Origin: Candidatus Heimdallarchaeota archaeon | GTDB taxonomy: Archaea > Asgardarchaeota > Heimdallarchaeia > Hodarchaeales > Hodarchaeaceae | Length of the DNA: 64,000 nucleotides | Direction: 5' to 3' | Assembly: GCA_011364965.1 (NCBI GenBank) | Contig: RDOB01000003.1 | Location: 567,822 to 631,821, forward strand | Shown here: positions 41,060 to 50,439 of the stretch, piece after piece | Position numbering within the stretch: the first letter of the stretch is position 1 | Layout of the letters: the number at the start of each line of letters is the position of its first letter | The notes under the pieces: model-generated | Told to the model about the DNA's origin: nothing | The model's database searches: none | Seen by the model: the letters and a program-made list of their open reading frames with translations, nothing else | Position numbers and translations under genes: made by a program

Positions 41060-41479
41060 TCATAGCAGATATTCAAGTTTGAGTTTTTTATCAGGGCCGT
41101 TTAATAAAGCAATAAAGAGCTCTAAGAACTGTCTTCCAATTAATGGTTCTGTACAATGGGGAGTTGTATCTACCTCTACAATAGTTTCAGTTAACAATTC
41201 TTTTATTTCAAGTAAAGAGTGAGCTGTCCTCAAAGTAATTTTTTCCCCTGTTATAGTTTCGACAATGGGAATTTCATCTTCTACGACTTCAAAAGTGCTT
41301 AATTCTAGTTCCTCATAAATTTTTTCTGGAATTACCAGAAATCCATCATAACCTGTATCTATTAATACACTTATACTCTTTTGTTTTGATCCGAGAAGAT
41401 TTTTGACAATTAAATTTGGAATTTTAGGTGCTAAAATGTCACTAAATACTGTTTTTTCATAGTTATATTCCACATTCAT
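41060..41479 (-). CDS. Clan AA (retropepsin-like) aspartyl protease
   Basis: LIDTGY and LIGRQFL motifs. Confidence 0.85.
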   Translation of the reverse strand: MNVEYNYEKTVFSDILAPKIPNLIVKNLLGSKQKSISVLIDTGYDGFLVIPEKIYEELELSTFEVVEDEIPIVETITGEKITLRTAHSLLEIKELLTETIVEVDTTPHCTEPLIGRQFLELFIALLNGPDKKLKLEYLL

Positions 41480-41865
41480 TATTGCACTCTCCTACCAAAT
41501 CCGAATGTTCTTTTCTTCACTTCTTTACCTACCTGAAAGACAAAACAATGATCTCCCTCGAGATTAAGGGTTTTAATTTTAGTTAATATCGGATCCAAGG
41601 TGTCACCTGAGATTAAAAATTCCCCACGACCGATTAAAACCCACTTCCCATCGTATTCTTTAAGCAAGGTCTCTTTCAATTTTCTGTAAGTTAGTAGATT
41701 AAGCTGTCGCTGTTTATCTTTTGCACTAAATGGCTTATTCTTTTCCATCCAATCCTTCATCGCTTTAGTGATCGCTTCACCTAATTTAAGCCCTTCTTGA
41801 GCCGCTTTGGCCTTAAAACTGGTATAGGTGTCTGTATCCACGTCTCTTATCAATACATTTGGCAA
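41479..41865 (-). CDS. RHH + DUF5678-like protein, putative antitoxin partner
   Basis: NVLIRDVD..FKAKAA (RHH); LLKEYDGKWVLI. Confidence 0.72.
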   Translation of the reverse strand: MPNVLIRDVDTDTYTSFKAKAAQEGLKLGEAITKAMKDWMEKNKPFSAKDKQRQLNLLTYRKLKETLLKEYDGKWVLIGRGEFLISGDTLDPILTKIKTLNLEGDHCFVFQVGKEVKKRTFGFGRRVQ

Positions 41866-41960
41866 TCAAAAAACTCCTTGACAATTATTAACATTCGTTA
41901 TTAATAATATATAATGTTAACATATATATCTTTTGTTATCATCTAAGTAGGTAGTCGTAT

Positions 41961-42000
41961 TTCGTTGGTTATGACTGATTTTTATATAAAACATACATAC
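41961..42000 (+). repeat. Cassette-boundary site, type B
   Basis: TCGTTGGTTATGACTGATTTTTATATAAAAC, identical to the copy at 43687. Confidence 0.85.
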
Positions 42001-42109
42001 GTCTCAAAATAGTAATGTAAAAAATTAATGAGTAATATCTTGAACTAAATAAACTGAAGGTAAATTCCTAATAAAACAAAGAAGGTTTGTTAAGAATGGA
42101 TGATAAACT

Positions 42110-42805
42110 ATGGTATCCGATCGAGTGAAAATCTTACTACTAATGATTTTTTACATGCCTGTTGTATTCATCATTTTTGCCGCGATAATATTCATTCCCG
42201 CGAATGATTGGCTTTGGCTCGAAGGATGGCTGTTTATAGGTGTGTTTATTTGTTATGCATTCCTGTATACTCTTTATGCACTGATTAAAAACCCTGAAAT
42301 GTTCATGAAGCGAGCTAAATATACCACCGATGATCCCGATCATAAAGCGTTCTCGGATAAAAAATTACTAGTGGGAGGCCTAGTTTTGCTGGCTTTTATG
42401 GTGATTTTTCCTGCGTTAGAACACGCAGCTGGCAATCCACCCCTTCCATGGATGATCGAGCTAGTAGGTTTTCTCGGGCTGATCATTGGACTGGTTGGGA
42501 TGACTTACGTCAATATTGTCAATCGATATGCATCCAAGGGCCTAGTCATTCACAAAGATCATGAGCTGATAACCGCTGGCCCATACCAGTACGTGCGGCA
42601 TCCCCTCTATGCCTTGGTTATACCTTTCATTCTAGGCACACCACTTCTGCTGGGATCATTCATAGGATTCCTCGCATCCTGGTCGTTCATCCCGCTACTG
42701 ATCTATCGGATCAGGATAGAGGAACAGATGTTGATCGATCACTTACCAGGCTACATCGAATATATGCAACAAGTCCCGTACCGACTGATACCGAAAATGT
42801 ACTAG
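42110..42805 (+). CDS. ICMT-family membrane methyltransferase
   Basis: HELITAGPYQYVRHPLY, RIRIEEQML, Y...VPYRLIP; higher GC than its flanks. Confidence 0.9.
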   Translation: MVSDRVKILLLMIFYMPVVFIIFAAIIFIPANDWLWLEGWLFIGVFICYAFLYTLYALIKNPEMFMKRAKYTTDDPDHKAFSDKKLLVGGLVLLAFMVIFPALEHAAGNPPLPWMIELVGFLGLIIGLVGMTYVNIVNRYASKGLVIHKDHELITAGPYQYVRHPLYALVIPFILGTPLLLGSFIGFLASWSFIPLLIYRIRIEEQMLIDHLPGYIEYMQQVPYRLIPKMY

Positions 42806-42889
42806 TTTTATAAGGTTTACTCTGTCGTTTAAAAGACTGAGAATTTTGCCCATTAATCTTCTTGACCCGTCGTCTTATAACGAACTTGT

Positions 42890-42918
42890 ATCGTTGGTAT
42901 TACATACGAACCTCCGTA
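42890..42918 (+). repeat. Cassette-boundary site, type A
   Basis: ATCGTTGGTAT-TACATAC-GAACCTCCGTA. Confidence 0.88.
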
Positions 42919-42942
42919 TGTTCGATGAAAAAATGTATATTT

Positions 42943-43308
42943 TCAAAGAAATTTCTTAATATATCTCAAAACATAATCTAAAGTAGGTTCTTGGGATTCT
43001 ACCACCCTTGAATCGATATGTAGATGATGAGGAAAGGTTTTTATCTCGAAATGATGAGGAGCATTGTCCCATCGTACAATAAGATCATTCAAAATAAAAT
43101 TATAACGATATTTATCCTTTTGGAGAGAATCCTTCGTAAACACAACAAATTCAAACCCATCGAATCTGGAATCTCCTTGAAAAGTCGCATTAATCCATAT
43201 CTTTAGTGTACCTGCATCCTGATCGATTTTATAAGAAAAAGAGTAATCCGCAAATATATCTAAACCTTTCAAATGGTCTTCAAGCTTGTTTAGATATTCA
43301 ATTATCAA
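42943..43308 (-). CDS. DUF6516-family putative toxin
   Basis: YRY...RWDNAPHH...TFPHHLH. Confidence 0.8.
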   Translation of the reverse strand: MIIEYLNKLEDHLKGLDIFADYSFSYKIDQDAGTLKIWINATFQGDSRFDGFEFVVFTKDSLQKDKYRYNFILNDLIVRWDNAPHHFEIKTFPHHLHIDSRVVESQEPTLDYVLRYIKKFL

Positions 43309-43573
43309 GCTTGACTTTCTCCAACAGTATTAAACGCTTCTTGATTCTATCGCGAGTCTCTAAATCAGCAAACCATTCAAAAAAGATTTGATCGTCTCCT
43401 AGTTCACCATTGTTCCACTTTTTTTGAAAATCTTCAGAAGAGAAATGGAATTTTTTTTCAAAGGTTAATAAATGTTGATTTAGTGATACAATTTTCTCTT
43501 TTAAGCGATTCACTTCTTTCTGTAACGTTTCTTTTACAATAGCCGAACTCTCATCAGGGATAGAGATTGTCAT
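43298..43573 (-). CDS. Putative antitoxin partner of DUF6516
   Basis: FEKK...SSEDF..KWNNGELGDD..FFEW; overlaps the toxin start. Confidence 0.75.
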   Translation of the reverse strand: MTISIPDESSAIVKETLQKEVNRLKEKIVSLNQHLLTFEKKFHFSSEDFQKKWNNGELGDDQIFFEWFADLETRDRIKKRLILLEKVKLDN

Positions 43574-43656
43574 ATTAGCTCATCCATAATACAAAATTGG
43601 TCTGATAATTATTTAGACCTTAGATTTAAAAATCTTTTATTCTTTTTATTCTTAGA

Positions 43657-43725
43657 ATATTCCCATAAATTTTTTTTAGGAAGATATCGTTGGTTATGAC
43701 TGATTTTTATATAAAACGTATATAC
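43657..43725 (+). repeat. Cassette-boundary site type B with left hairpin flank
   Basis: ATATTCCCATAAA-TTTTTTTTAGGAAGAT-ATCGTTGGTTATGACTGATTTTTATATAAAAC. Confidence 0.85.
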
Positions 43726-44161
43726 ATTAATAATTTATTTAACATTAAGAAATTATATGAAACTATGTAGGTAACAAATTGGAGTTGAAGGAAGGTTACT
43801 TGATCGTCTTCTAATGATAGTTAGCTAATCAATTTATAATGAAAACAAATGTCATTAATGGCTGGTTTAGATTATAAAAATATATACCACGGTATATACG
43901 CGATTAGAGATAATTCCTACATAGGTCTACAATTACTCGAACTTACTCGAAGGTTCTATCACTACTTTCATCTTCTCCTTCGTCTTTTCAAACAGAAAAA
44001 TCCCGCAATTCTGGCAAAGATCGCTAATGTGGCAAACTCCGCAGCTTAAAAGATAACTTGCTTTTATTCTGTACATTAGCTATTTGGATATTCCATTTTC
44101 AATAGAATTATAAGAATAACTTCTCATTTCCGCTTACAACGATTTAGAGAGAAAAAATACA

Positions 44162-45274
44162 ATGATTTCACTCATTTTTCATTCCAACAAATTTTCGGAA
44201 TTTATAGTAGTTACAATTATCTGCTTGTCGATATTACAACCTACTAAACCTACAACAACAGGTAATTTTAGCACCGATATGCATTCAAATTTCTGTACCA
44301 TCTTTAGTGTATCCCTTGATAACAAGATATTCTTTGGAAATAATGAGGACTATCGGTTTCAACCTGAAACATCATTTATCTCGTTTATACCTCCCCAAAC
44401 AATCCCCAATTTTCGAAATCTACCTAGTTTTAATGCCACTCTAACCATCTATGGAAACGTTGTTGTAGGATCTATCATACAACAAAACGATCAGGTTCTT
44501 TTTTCGCCACAAGGAGGTATGAATGATCAGGGCCTTTGTTTTGACGCCAATTCTATACCAAAACAAACTTTAAATGATAAAAATGGGGATTGGAATCCAA
44601 TGAATGCTCACAGTGACATTCTGTGGTATTGTCAAACTGTAGAGGATGTCATTGCTTGGTATAAATCACATCCAGTAATGTATTCGCCATGGAATGGTCA
44701 ATGGAATTATGTTGATGCATCAGGAGCAGGAGTAGTTGTTACAGCTACTAACGGTGAACTGGTATTTATAGAAAAGAACGCAAGTTATCTGATTTCCACT
44801 AATTTTAATCTGGCTGAACCAAGCAGTCATTATTTCGACTATCCATGTTGGAGATATGATAAAGCTACAGAATTACTTGCAGAAATCGATAATGAATCAG
44901 ATCTCACTGTCCAAGCGTGTCGTGATGTGCTTGATGCTACACACTTCGAACCTGATCTATTCAATGATTTGCACACAATGTACAGTACAATTTACGATCC
45001 AATACAGAAGAAGATCTATCTCTATTTTCTTCATAACTTCGATGAAGTTGTTGTTTTTGATCTTGAGGAAGAATACAACAAGGTTAATGAAATTGATAAC
45101 AACCATTCGTTTCACTTAACACTAAATGATAATTCATATCTAATGAAGAGTTTCTTTAACAAGACTAAGCTGAACGTTTTAACACTCAATAAACAGACTA
45201 CTTTCATTATAATATTTGGCACCTCTTCCATCTTAATATTTGCTGTGGTTATATATCGAAAAAAGAAAAAATAA
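44162..45274 (+). CDS. Secreted, membrane-anchored Ntn hydrolase (peptidase C45/choloylglycine hydrolase-like)
   Basis: Signal peptide, CT nucleophile, GNNED, GGMNDQGL, STNF, C-terminal TM + RKKKK. Confidence 0.82.
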   Translation: MISLIFHSNKFSEFIVVTIICLSILQPTKPTTTGNFSTDMHSNFCTIFSVSLDNKIFFGNNEDYRFQPETSFISFIPPQTIPNFRNLPSFNATLTIYGNVVVGSIIQQNDQVLFSPQGGMNDQGLCFDANSIPKQTLNDKNGDWNPMNAHSDILWYCQTVEDVIAWYKSHPVMYSPWNGQWNYVDASGAGVVVTATNGELVFIEKNASYLISTNFNLAEPSSHYFDYPCWRYDKATELLAEIDNESDLTVQACRDVLDATHFEPDLFNDLHTMYSTIYDPIQKKIYLYFLHNFDEVVVFDLEEEYNKVNEIDNNHSFHLTLNDNSYLMKSFFNKTKLNVLTLNKQTTFIIIFGTSSILIFAVVIYRKKKK

Positions 45275-45478
45275 GAATAGCATTTAAGTGAAAAGATTAA
45301 AATTATTCGCTTTTCCCTCTTAATTCAATAGCCTCTGAACTTCGTAAAAGAGTTATTTAGTTAAGAAAATTATATACTAAGGTATATACCAGCAAAAAAC
45401 ACTCACCAAATCGATATCCATTATTAATTATTTCTTTAATGCAATTATTTTTACTCTTTGTCTATTTTGTCGGAATTT

Positions 45479-45691
45479 TTAGTGTGTTATTTCATACCGT
45501 AAGTAGTTGCGAAAGGCAAATAATTTATTTACTCGACCTTTCAAATTGGGATTAGCAAAGTAAGATTCAACATCCTCAGGGATTTGCCCTATTGCATAAA
45601 GATAGCAACCAATAGTGCCTTCTGCCTTTCCTTGAAGTCGTAACCATTGTCCAAATTCATCAAAATAAGCAGGATTAGGTGTTATACTCAT
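45479..45691 (-). pseudogene. Truncated tyrosine recombinase N-terminal (SAM-like) domain
   Basis: FGQWLRLQGKAEGTIGCY...AFRNYLRY pattern; no catalytic domain follows. Confidence 0.6.
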
Positions 45692-46095
45692 TTGAATATC
45701 TCCTCACCACTTTGATCTTTACCTTCAAGCAAAGCATGTATATCGAATTGGCTAGCACCCTGTCTCTTGAGTAATCCTTCAGATAATCGTTTAATCTTTT
45801 CGATTTCCTCATTCTTTTTTATTGCATCCGACTCTAAACTTTCTGCTAGTGCATTAATCCTTGATTTTAATTCTGCTTCTTCATTTGACATACCTCTTAA
45901 GGAAGTGTCAATAGTTGGATCTAAAATAGGAGAATCATGCATAGCAGCATTTAAACAAGCTCTTATTAAGCCAGCAAGAGTTCCGAACCCATGAGTTTCT
46001 GCTAATTCGTTATAAGCAGTACGTTCATCTGGTGTCAGTTTCATCGTAAAGAGTTTACGAGATTTATTAGATTTTTTATTCGTTGAACTAGACAT
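45688..46095 (-). CDS. RHH/CopG-like DNA-binding protein with a coiled coil
   Basis: KLFTMKLTPDER..YNELAE..GFGTLAGLIR; ATGA overlap with the integrase fragment. Confidence 0.65.
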   Translation of the reverse strand: MSSSTNKKSNKSRKLFTMKLTPDERTAYNELAETHGFGTLAGLIRACLNAAMHDSPILDPTIDTSLRGMSNEEAELKSRINALAESLESDAIKKNEEIEKIKRLSEGLLKRQGASQFDIHALLEGKDQSGEEIFK

Positions 46096-46237
46096 TTCTA
46101 TTCAAGAAAAGTATATACCAGAGTATATAAAAGTGTTATCTAAAGGCTGGTTTTGATTACAAAAGTATATACTAATCAATAACAGGTATTTATTTGATCA
46201 ACCATATTACGAAAGAGATTTATGGAGAATTTAGCTT

Positions 46238-47374
46238 CTATTCAAAATCATATGGATAGTTAGTCAACACCAGAGATTTGTTCTTACCAACTACAACGGT
46301 ATCTTCTATTCTGACACCCCAAGTATTGGTATAAATCCCACAATTTCCAATCGCTACAGGAATGTTTTTTACGAGAGGTGGAGGTGCTTTTTCTCCGTGA
46401 AAGAAAGCATGACCAGGCGGTAAAGGAGCTTCTTCAAAGTTAATTCCAATACCATGAATAGGTGGGCCAAAGATGTTATCTCCATACCCAGCATCTTGTA
46501 TTACACCATGAAGTGTTTTTTCAAGATCGACCATTCCGATTCCCGTAGTAGCTTTTGCTATAGTGCTTTGTAATGATTCTAGGTATACTTCATGCGCCTT
46601 GACTTGTTGAGACGATGGTTTTCCCACACATGACATCCGACAAATGTCTGATGAATAGTTGTTTACTATAGGGTGAAGATCAATCATGATTATGTCACCA
46701 GATTTGACCTTTCGATTGGTTGGTATTCCATGAGCTATGCGTGTTCTGATTCCACTTGCCACATAAGACCGCCAAAACCCTTCAGCACCAGCTTGACGCA
46801 TAGCATACTCCCCTTCTCCAGCAATTTGACTTTCAGTTATACCTGTTTTTATTGATGACAGAGCAGCTTCCATTCCAACTGCAGCAATTTTTGCTGCTTC
46901 TTGCATCAGTTCAATCTCAATTGGTTCCTTGATCATCCGCATTTGGGAGAGAATATCCGTACAATCTTTAATTGCAACCTCTTCTGGTTTAGCATGTGGA
47001 TGAGTCATCATTCCCATCATGGATTTTGTTAGAAAAGTATATTCCAAACCGACAACGCCTTTCTGGATGTCAAATTGTTTAAAGAAATCAGCTATCGAAT
47101 GAAGCATCCCTACTTCATCTTCAAAAGTTGTTATATAATTAAATCGAGCAAGATCAGTTACATCTTCCTTATCTGTTTGGGGTACTCCTATTGCTACTTC
47201 TCCATCGCTTGTAATTAGTGTATATGCACATAATCGGCCATCTCCCGTTAGATAAAACATATTCGAGGGTTTAGTTAGTAAAATTACATCCATACCTTCA
47301 TTCTTCATTTTTTGGGTGCATTTCATCACCCTCAGATCAAAGGTTTTTTTGTCGAGTTTTACGTTCATTCTCAT
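46238..47374 (-). CDS. M24-family Xaa-Pro peptidase-like protein
   Basis: NMFYLTG, RMIKEPIEI, YSSD, HGIG, GVRIED. Confidence 0.88.
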   Translation of the reverse strand: MRMNVKLDKKTFDLRVMKCTQKMKNEGMDVILLTKPSNMFYLTGDGRLCAYTLITSDGEVAIGVPQTDKEDVTDLARFNYITTFEDEVGMLHSIADFFKQFDIQKGVVGLEYTFLTKSMMGMMTHPHAKPEEVAIKDCTDILSQMRMIKEPIEIELMQEAAKIAAVGMEAALSSIKTGITESQIAGEGEYAMRQAGAEGFWRSYVASGIRTRIAHGIPTNRKVKSGDIIMIDLHPIVNNYSSDICRMSCVGKPSSQQVKAHEVYLESLQSTIAKATTGIGMVDLEKTLHGVIQDAGYGDNIFGPPIHGIGINFEEAPLPPGHAFFHGEKAPPPLVKNIPVAIGNCGIYTNTWGVRIEDTVVVGKNKSLVLTNYPYDFE

Positions 47375-48571
47375 TTATTCTCCTTTTAATATTCCTACCT
47401 CTTTATGTTTCGTAACTATTTCTTCAGTTAATTGGTCCAATCTACGAAAATCTGCTTCTCGTGGTTTACCTTTCACAATTACAGGATTCAATAACTCTAC
47501 TTTCAATTTCGGGATCAGATTAACAATTTGATCAACCACACTGCCTTTCCACCCAAAGGAGCCAATTACAGTCGCATATTTAGCTTTTGGTCTAATTAAA
47601 TTCGCTAGATGTGCTGCATAGACAACAGCAGGATGTGGGCCTGTTAATACTGTAGGAGAACCGATTATAATTGTAGCAGTATCAACTAAACTCATTGCGA
47701 GTTCCCCAATATCAGTTGCTGTCAAAGGGAAGACTTTGACTACTATTCCTTTCTGAATTAGTTGGTCCGTAAGATAAGTAACCATCTTTTCTGTACTTTG
47801 GTACATAGAAACGTATGGAATTACTACTTCGTTCTTAACCTCATCAGAGATCCAAACACGATAAGCATCAATTATGAAGTCTGGGTTGTCGTATATTAAG
47901 CCATGACTAGTAGCAATCATATTTAGTTCCAAATTACCAATAAAATCAATGTATCTCTTGATCATTGTTCGAAAAGGCATCATGATTTCAGCATAGTAAC
48001 GCTTTGCGGCATAATAGACTTTGGAATCATTTGATGCAAAAATTTCACTTGAAGCAATATGATTTCCCAAAAAATCACAGGTAAAGAGTATTTTTTCACT
48101 CTCAAGATAAGTAAACATTGTTTCAGGCCAGTGAACCCAAGGAGCTATAATGAAAGACAAAGTACGGTCACCTAGATCCAATGTACTTTCTTCTGTAACA
48201 AATTTAAAATTCTCTTCATCCATAAGAAGTAAATCTACCAAAATTGACTTGCATTTTTCAGTACAGACGACTTTTGCCTCTGGATATAGTTCTAAAACCT
48301 TTGGGATAGCTCCGGAATGATCAGGTTCTGCATGGTTTGCTATTATATAATCAAGTTTTTCTAGGGATAAAGACTTTAGATCTTTTAGAAATGGATCTAT
48401 TTTTCTTATATCAGAGGAATCAATCAATACGTTATGGGTAGTTCCCTTAATCACATAAGCATTGTAACTAGTACCATCTGGTAGAGGAATCAATTCATCA
48501 AACAATCTTCTTTCCCAGTCTCTTGTATTGATAATCCAAATATCTTTCGCAATTTCACTTAGCATCTTCAT
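47375..48571 (-). CDS. fprA: Flavodiiron protein (A-type flavoprotein)
   Basis: GTSYNAY, HAEPDH, HWPE, TCD, SHG, SMYQST flavodoxin domain. Confidence 0.93.
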   Translation of the reverse strand: MKMLSEIAKDIWIINTRDWERRLFDELIPLPDGTSYNAYVIKGTTHNVLIDSSDIRKIDPFLKDLKSLSLEKLDYIIANHAEPDHSGAIPKVLELYPEAKVVCTEKCKSILVDLLLMDEENFKFVTEESTLDLGDRTLSFIIAPWVHWPETMFTYLESEKILFTCDFLGNHIASSEIFASNDSKVYYAAKRYYAEIMMPFRTMIKRYIDFIGNLELNMIATSHGLIYDNPDFIIDAYRVWISDEVKNEVVIPYVSMYQSTEKMVTYLTDQLIQKGIVVKVFPLTATDIGELAMSLVDTATIIIGSPTVLTGPHPAVVYAAHLANLIRPKAKYATVIGSFGWKGSVVDQIVNLIPKLKVELLNPVIVKGKPREADFRRLDQLTEEIVTKHKEVGILKGE

Positions 48572-48956
48572 TTTCTCCTAGATCCTCATATAATGAAATA
48601 ATCGGGAAAATTACTCGTTCTATCTTAAGTTTCATTACTTGAATTAGTTGGTCAAGAATAGCTTTACCTTGTTTAGTAACCTTGTATTTTCTCTTTGTTC
48701 TACCACTTTCATGCAAAGTTGACCTTACTAGTGTTTCTGATTCCATTTTTCTTAATTCTGAATAGATTGTACCTGATTTAGGGATAATAGTATTATCAGT
48801 GTGTCTTTTAACATAAGACATCATTTCATAACCAGTAGAGTTTGGAAAATGAGTTATAATGACTAAAAGGATGATTCTGATTAAAGGTAATGATTCTAAA
48901 AGATTTATGTCGTCATTTTTAGTGCTTAGGGTTCTTTCCATTATATCTAGATCCAT
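48555..48956 (-). CDS. PadR-family regulator
   Basis: GYEM, GTIYSEL, RKYKVTKQG. Confidence 0.88.
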   Translation of the reverse strand: MDLDIMERTLSTKNDDINLLESLPLIRIILLVIITHFPNSTGYEMMSYVKRHTDNTIIPKSGTIYSELRKMESETLVRSTLHESGRTKRKYKVTKQGKAILDQLIQVMKLKIERVIFPIISLYEDLGENEDAK

Positions 48957-49128
48957 AATAGGTAGCTCATCTAGATATATATAAAATTCTTTCTACCTAC
49001 AATAGAATCCAGTTCTGAACTCAGCTAAAGATTGAATTAAATAAGAAAAGTATGTACTTCATCAATTCATCTATATAAGTTCAGTCAATCAAGAAGATTC
49101 TATATCAGAGACTCCATACCAGTCTATT

Positions 49129-49157
49129 TACATTGGTTATACGACAGCTAAACAACT
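49129..49157 (+). repeat. Cassette-boundary site, type C
   Basis: TACATTGGTTA-TACGACA-GCTAAACAACT. Confidence 0.7.
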
Positions 49158-49264
49158 GAGAGTAAGAAGAGGGGAGCCTCAAGGAAAAACAAGCCAATCT
49201 ATGCCCCTCCCTTCCCCCTAAACAAGCCAAGAGGAGAAAAATGCATACGGAGAAAAAATACAGG

Positions 49265-49366
49265 TTAATATAATGAGGTAATGACCACCTGAATATAATG
49301 ACAACGCATCTGGTTACCACGCAACAAGATTTGATAAACCGTCCGAACAGAAGGAGGAAAAGGCAA
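49265..49366 (-). pseudogene. Internally deleted copy of a small wHTH gene (copy A)
   Basis: MPFPPSVRTVYQILLRGNQ fused to MRCHYIQVV; same RBS and start context as 61458. Confidence 0.8.
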
Positions 49367-49789
49367 AACCCTCCCTGACTCTGAATATGGACAAGAGATT
49401 ATTGTTTAATAGGATGAATAAACTATTAGACAATTCAAAGACTACAGAGGATCCCAACAGATATACATGAAGAATTTTCATTAACTCAAACTAGGTAGCA
49501 GGACTTTATCTGAGATTAATATGAAAATTATTAATATATCAAATCTTTCTATTCGAACCAATTCATAATCTGATTTATTTTCGATTTCTGACACTCTTTA
49601 CAATGAGAAGAATAAAAAAAGAGAGCAGACACTCGCTTTACCTTAATCCCTAGTCGACGCGTTTTGTAGACCAAGATCTCGCAGAAAACTCCTCGCATCC
49701 AGTTGGACAACTTCCGTGAAAGCTTGTGTTTATGTTTCGGAGGTTCATTTTCGCAGACTTCGTTATTTTGATTAAAGTTTAACAGTCCG

Positions 49790-50431
49790 TTAAACGTTCA
49801 CATTCTTGAATGTCTCTTTCTTCTTGAATTTTATCCTTTTATATTCAAATTTAGATCGAATAAAAACTCCTATTGTCGCAGAAACAATAACTAATACTAT
49901 TGTGATTAACATTTCTGTAAGTAAATTCAATGGTATCAAATAGCTCAATTTTATAGAAGTTGTTCCCAAAGATTGAATCAATACTTGATCTTCAGCGGTT
50001 AGTCCAGCTGTTGGAAGTGTCAAAGGAAGAAAAAAAGCTAAGATCAATGCAAAGAATGTTCCCCAAAACAAAATTAGCATATTTATCAAAAATCCTTTTT
50101 TAAATCCCCCTAAAAATCCAACAAAAAAAGAAATAATCAAGAGAATAATAATAGGGGCCAAAGACATAATTGAAAAAGGAGAAGTAAAAAGATTCAAACT
50201 AGAAACTAAAAGAAATGCAGAAATAGCCCATAATTTAAATATGGGCCCAAATTTGTCATAAGAATACAAACCATTGAGATTATAACGGGAAAATAGCTCT
50301 TGCAATGTAAGGAATGGATCTGTTAATTGTAAGATTGATAAAATAAATATACTGCCCACAATTACCATATAAGCCCCAAAACTAAAAGATAATAATCTTA
50401 AAACTAATTTTGTATTCATTTCAATTAACAA
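49790..50431 (-). CDS. Hypothetical multi-pass membrane protein
   Basis: About 5 TM helices; co-oriented, 8 nt after the large surface protein. Confidence 0.75.
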   Translation of the reverse strand: MLIEMNTKLVLRLLSFSFGAYMVIVGSIFILSILQLTDPFLTLQELFSRYNLNGLYSYDKFGPIFKLWAISAFLLVSSLNLFTSPFSIMSLAPIIILLIISFFVGFLGGFKKGFLINMLILFWGTFFALILAFFLPLTLPTAGLTAEDQVLIQSLGTTSIKLSYLIPLNLLTEMLITIVLVIVSATIGVFIRSKFEYKRIKFKKKETFKNVNV

Positions 50432-50439
50432 CTCCTTTT

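Noticed and set aside
25591-42805. ICMT-family genes as evidence for CAAX processing of the GTPases
   Set aside because: The GTPases here lack C-terminal cysteines, and ICMT/PEMT homologues are widespread in prokaryotes.
49620-49790. Relatively GC-rich intergenic stretch with GTCGACGCGT and a reverse GAACCTCCGAA, as a possible ncRNA or vector scar
   Set aside because: No convincing stem structure, tRNA fold or second copy could be established by eye.
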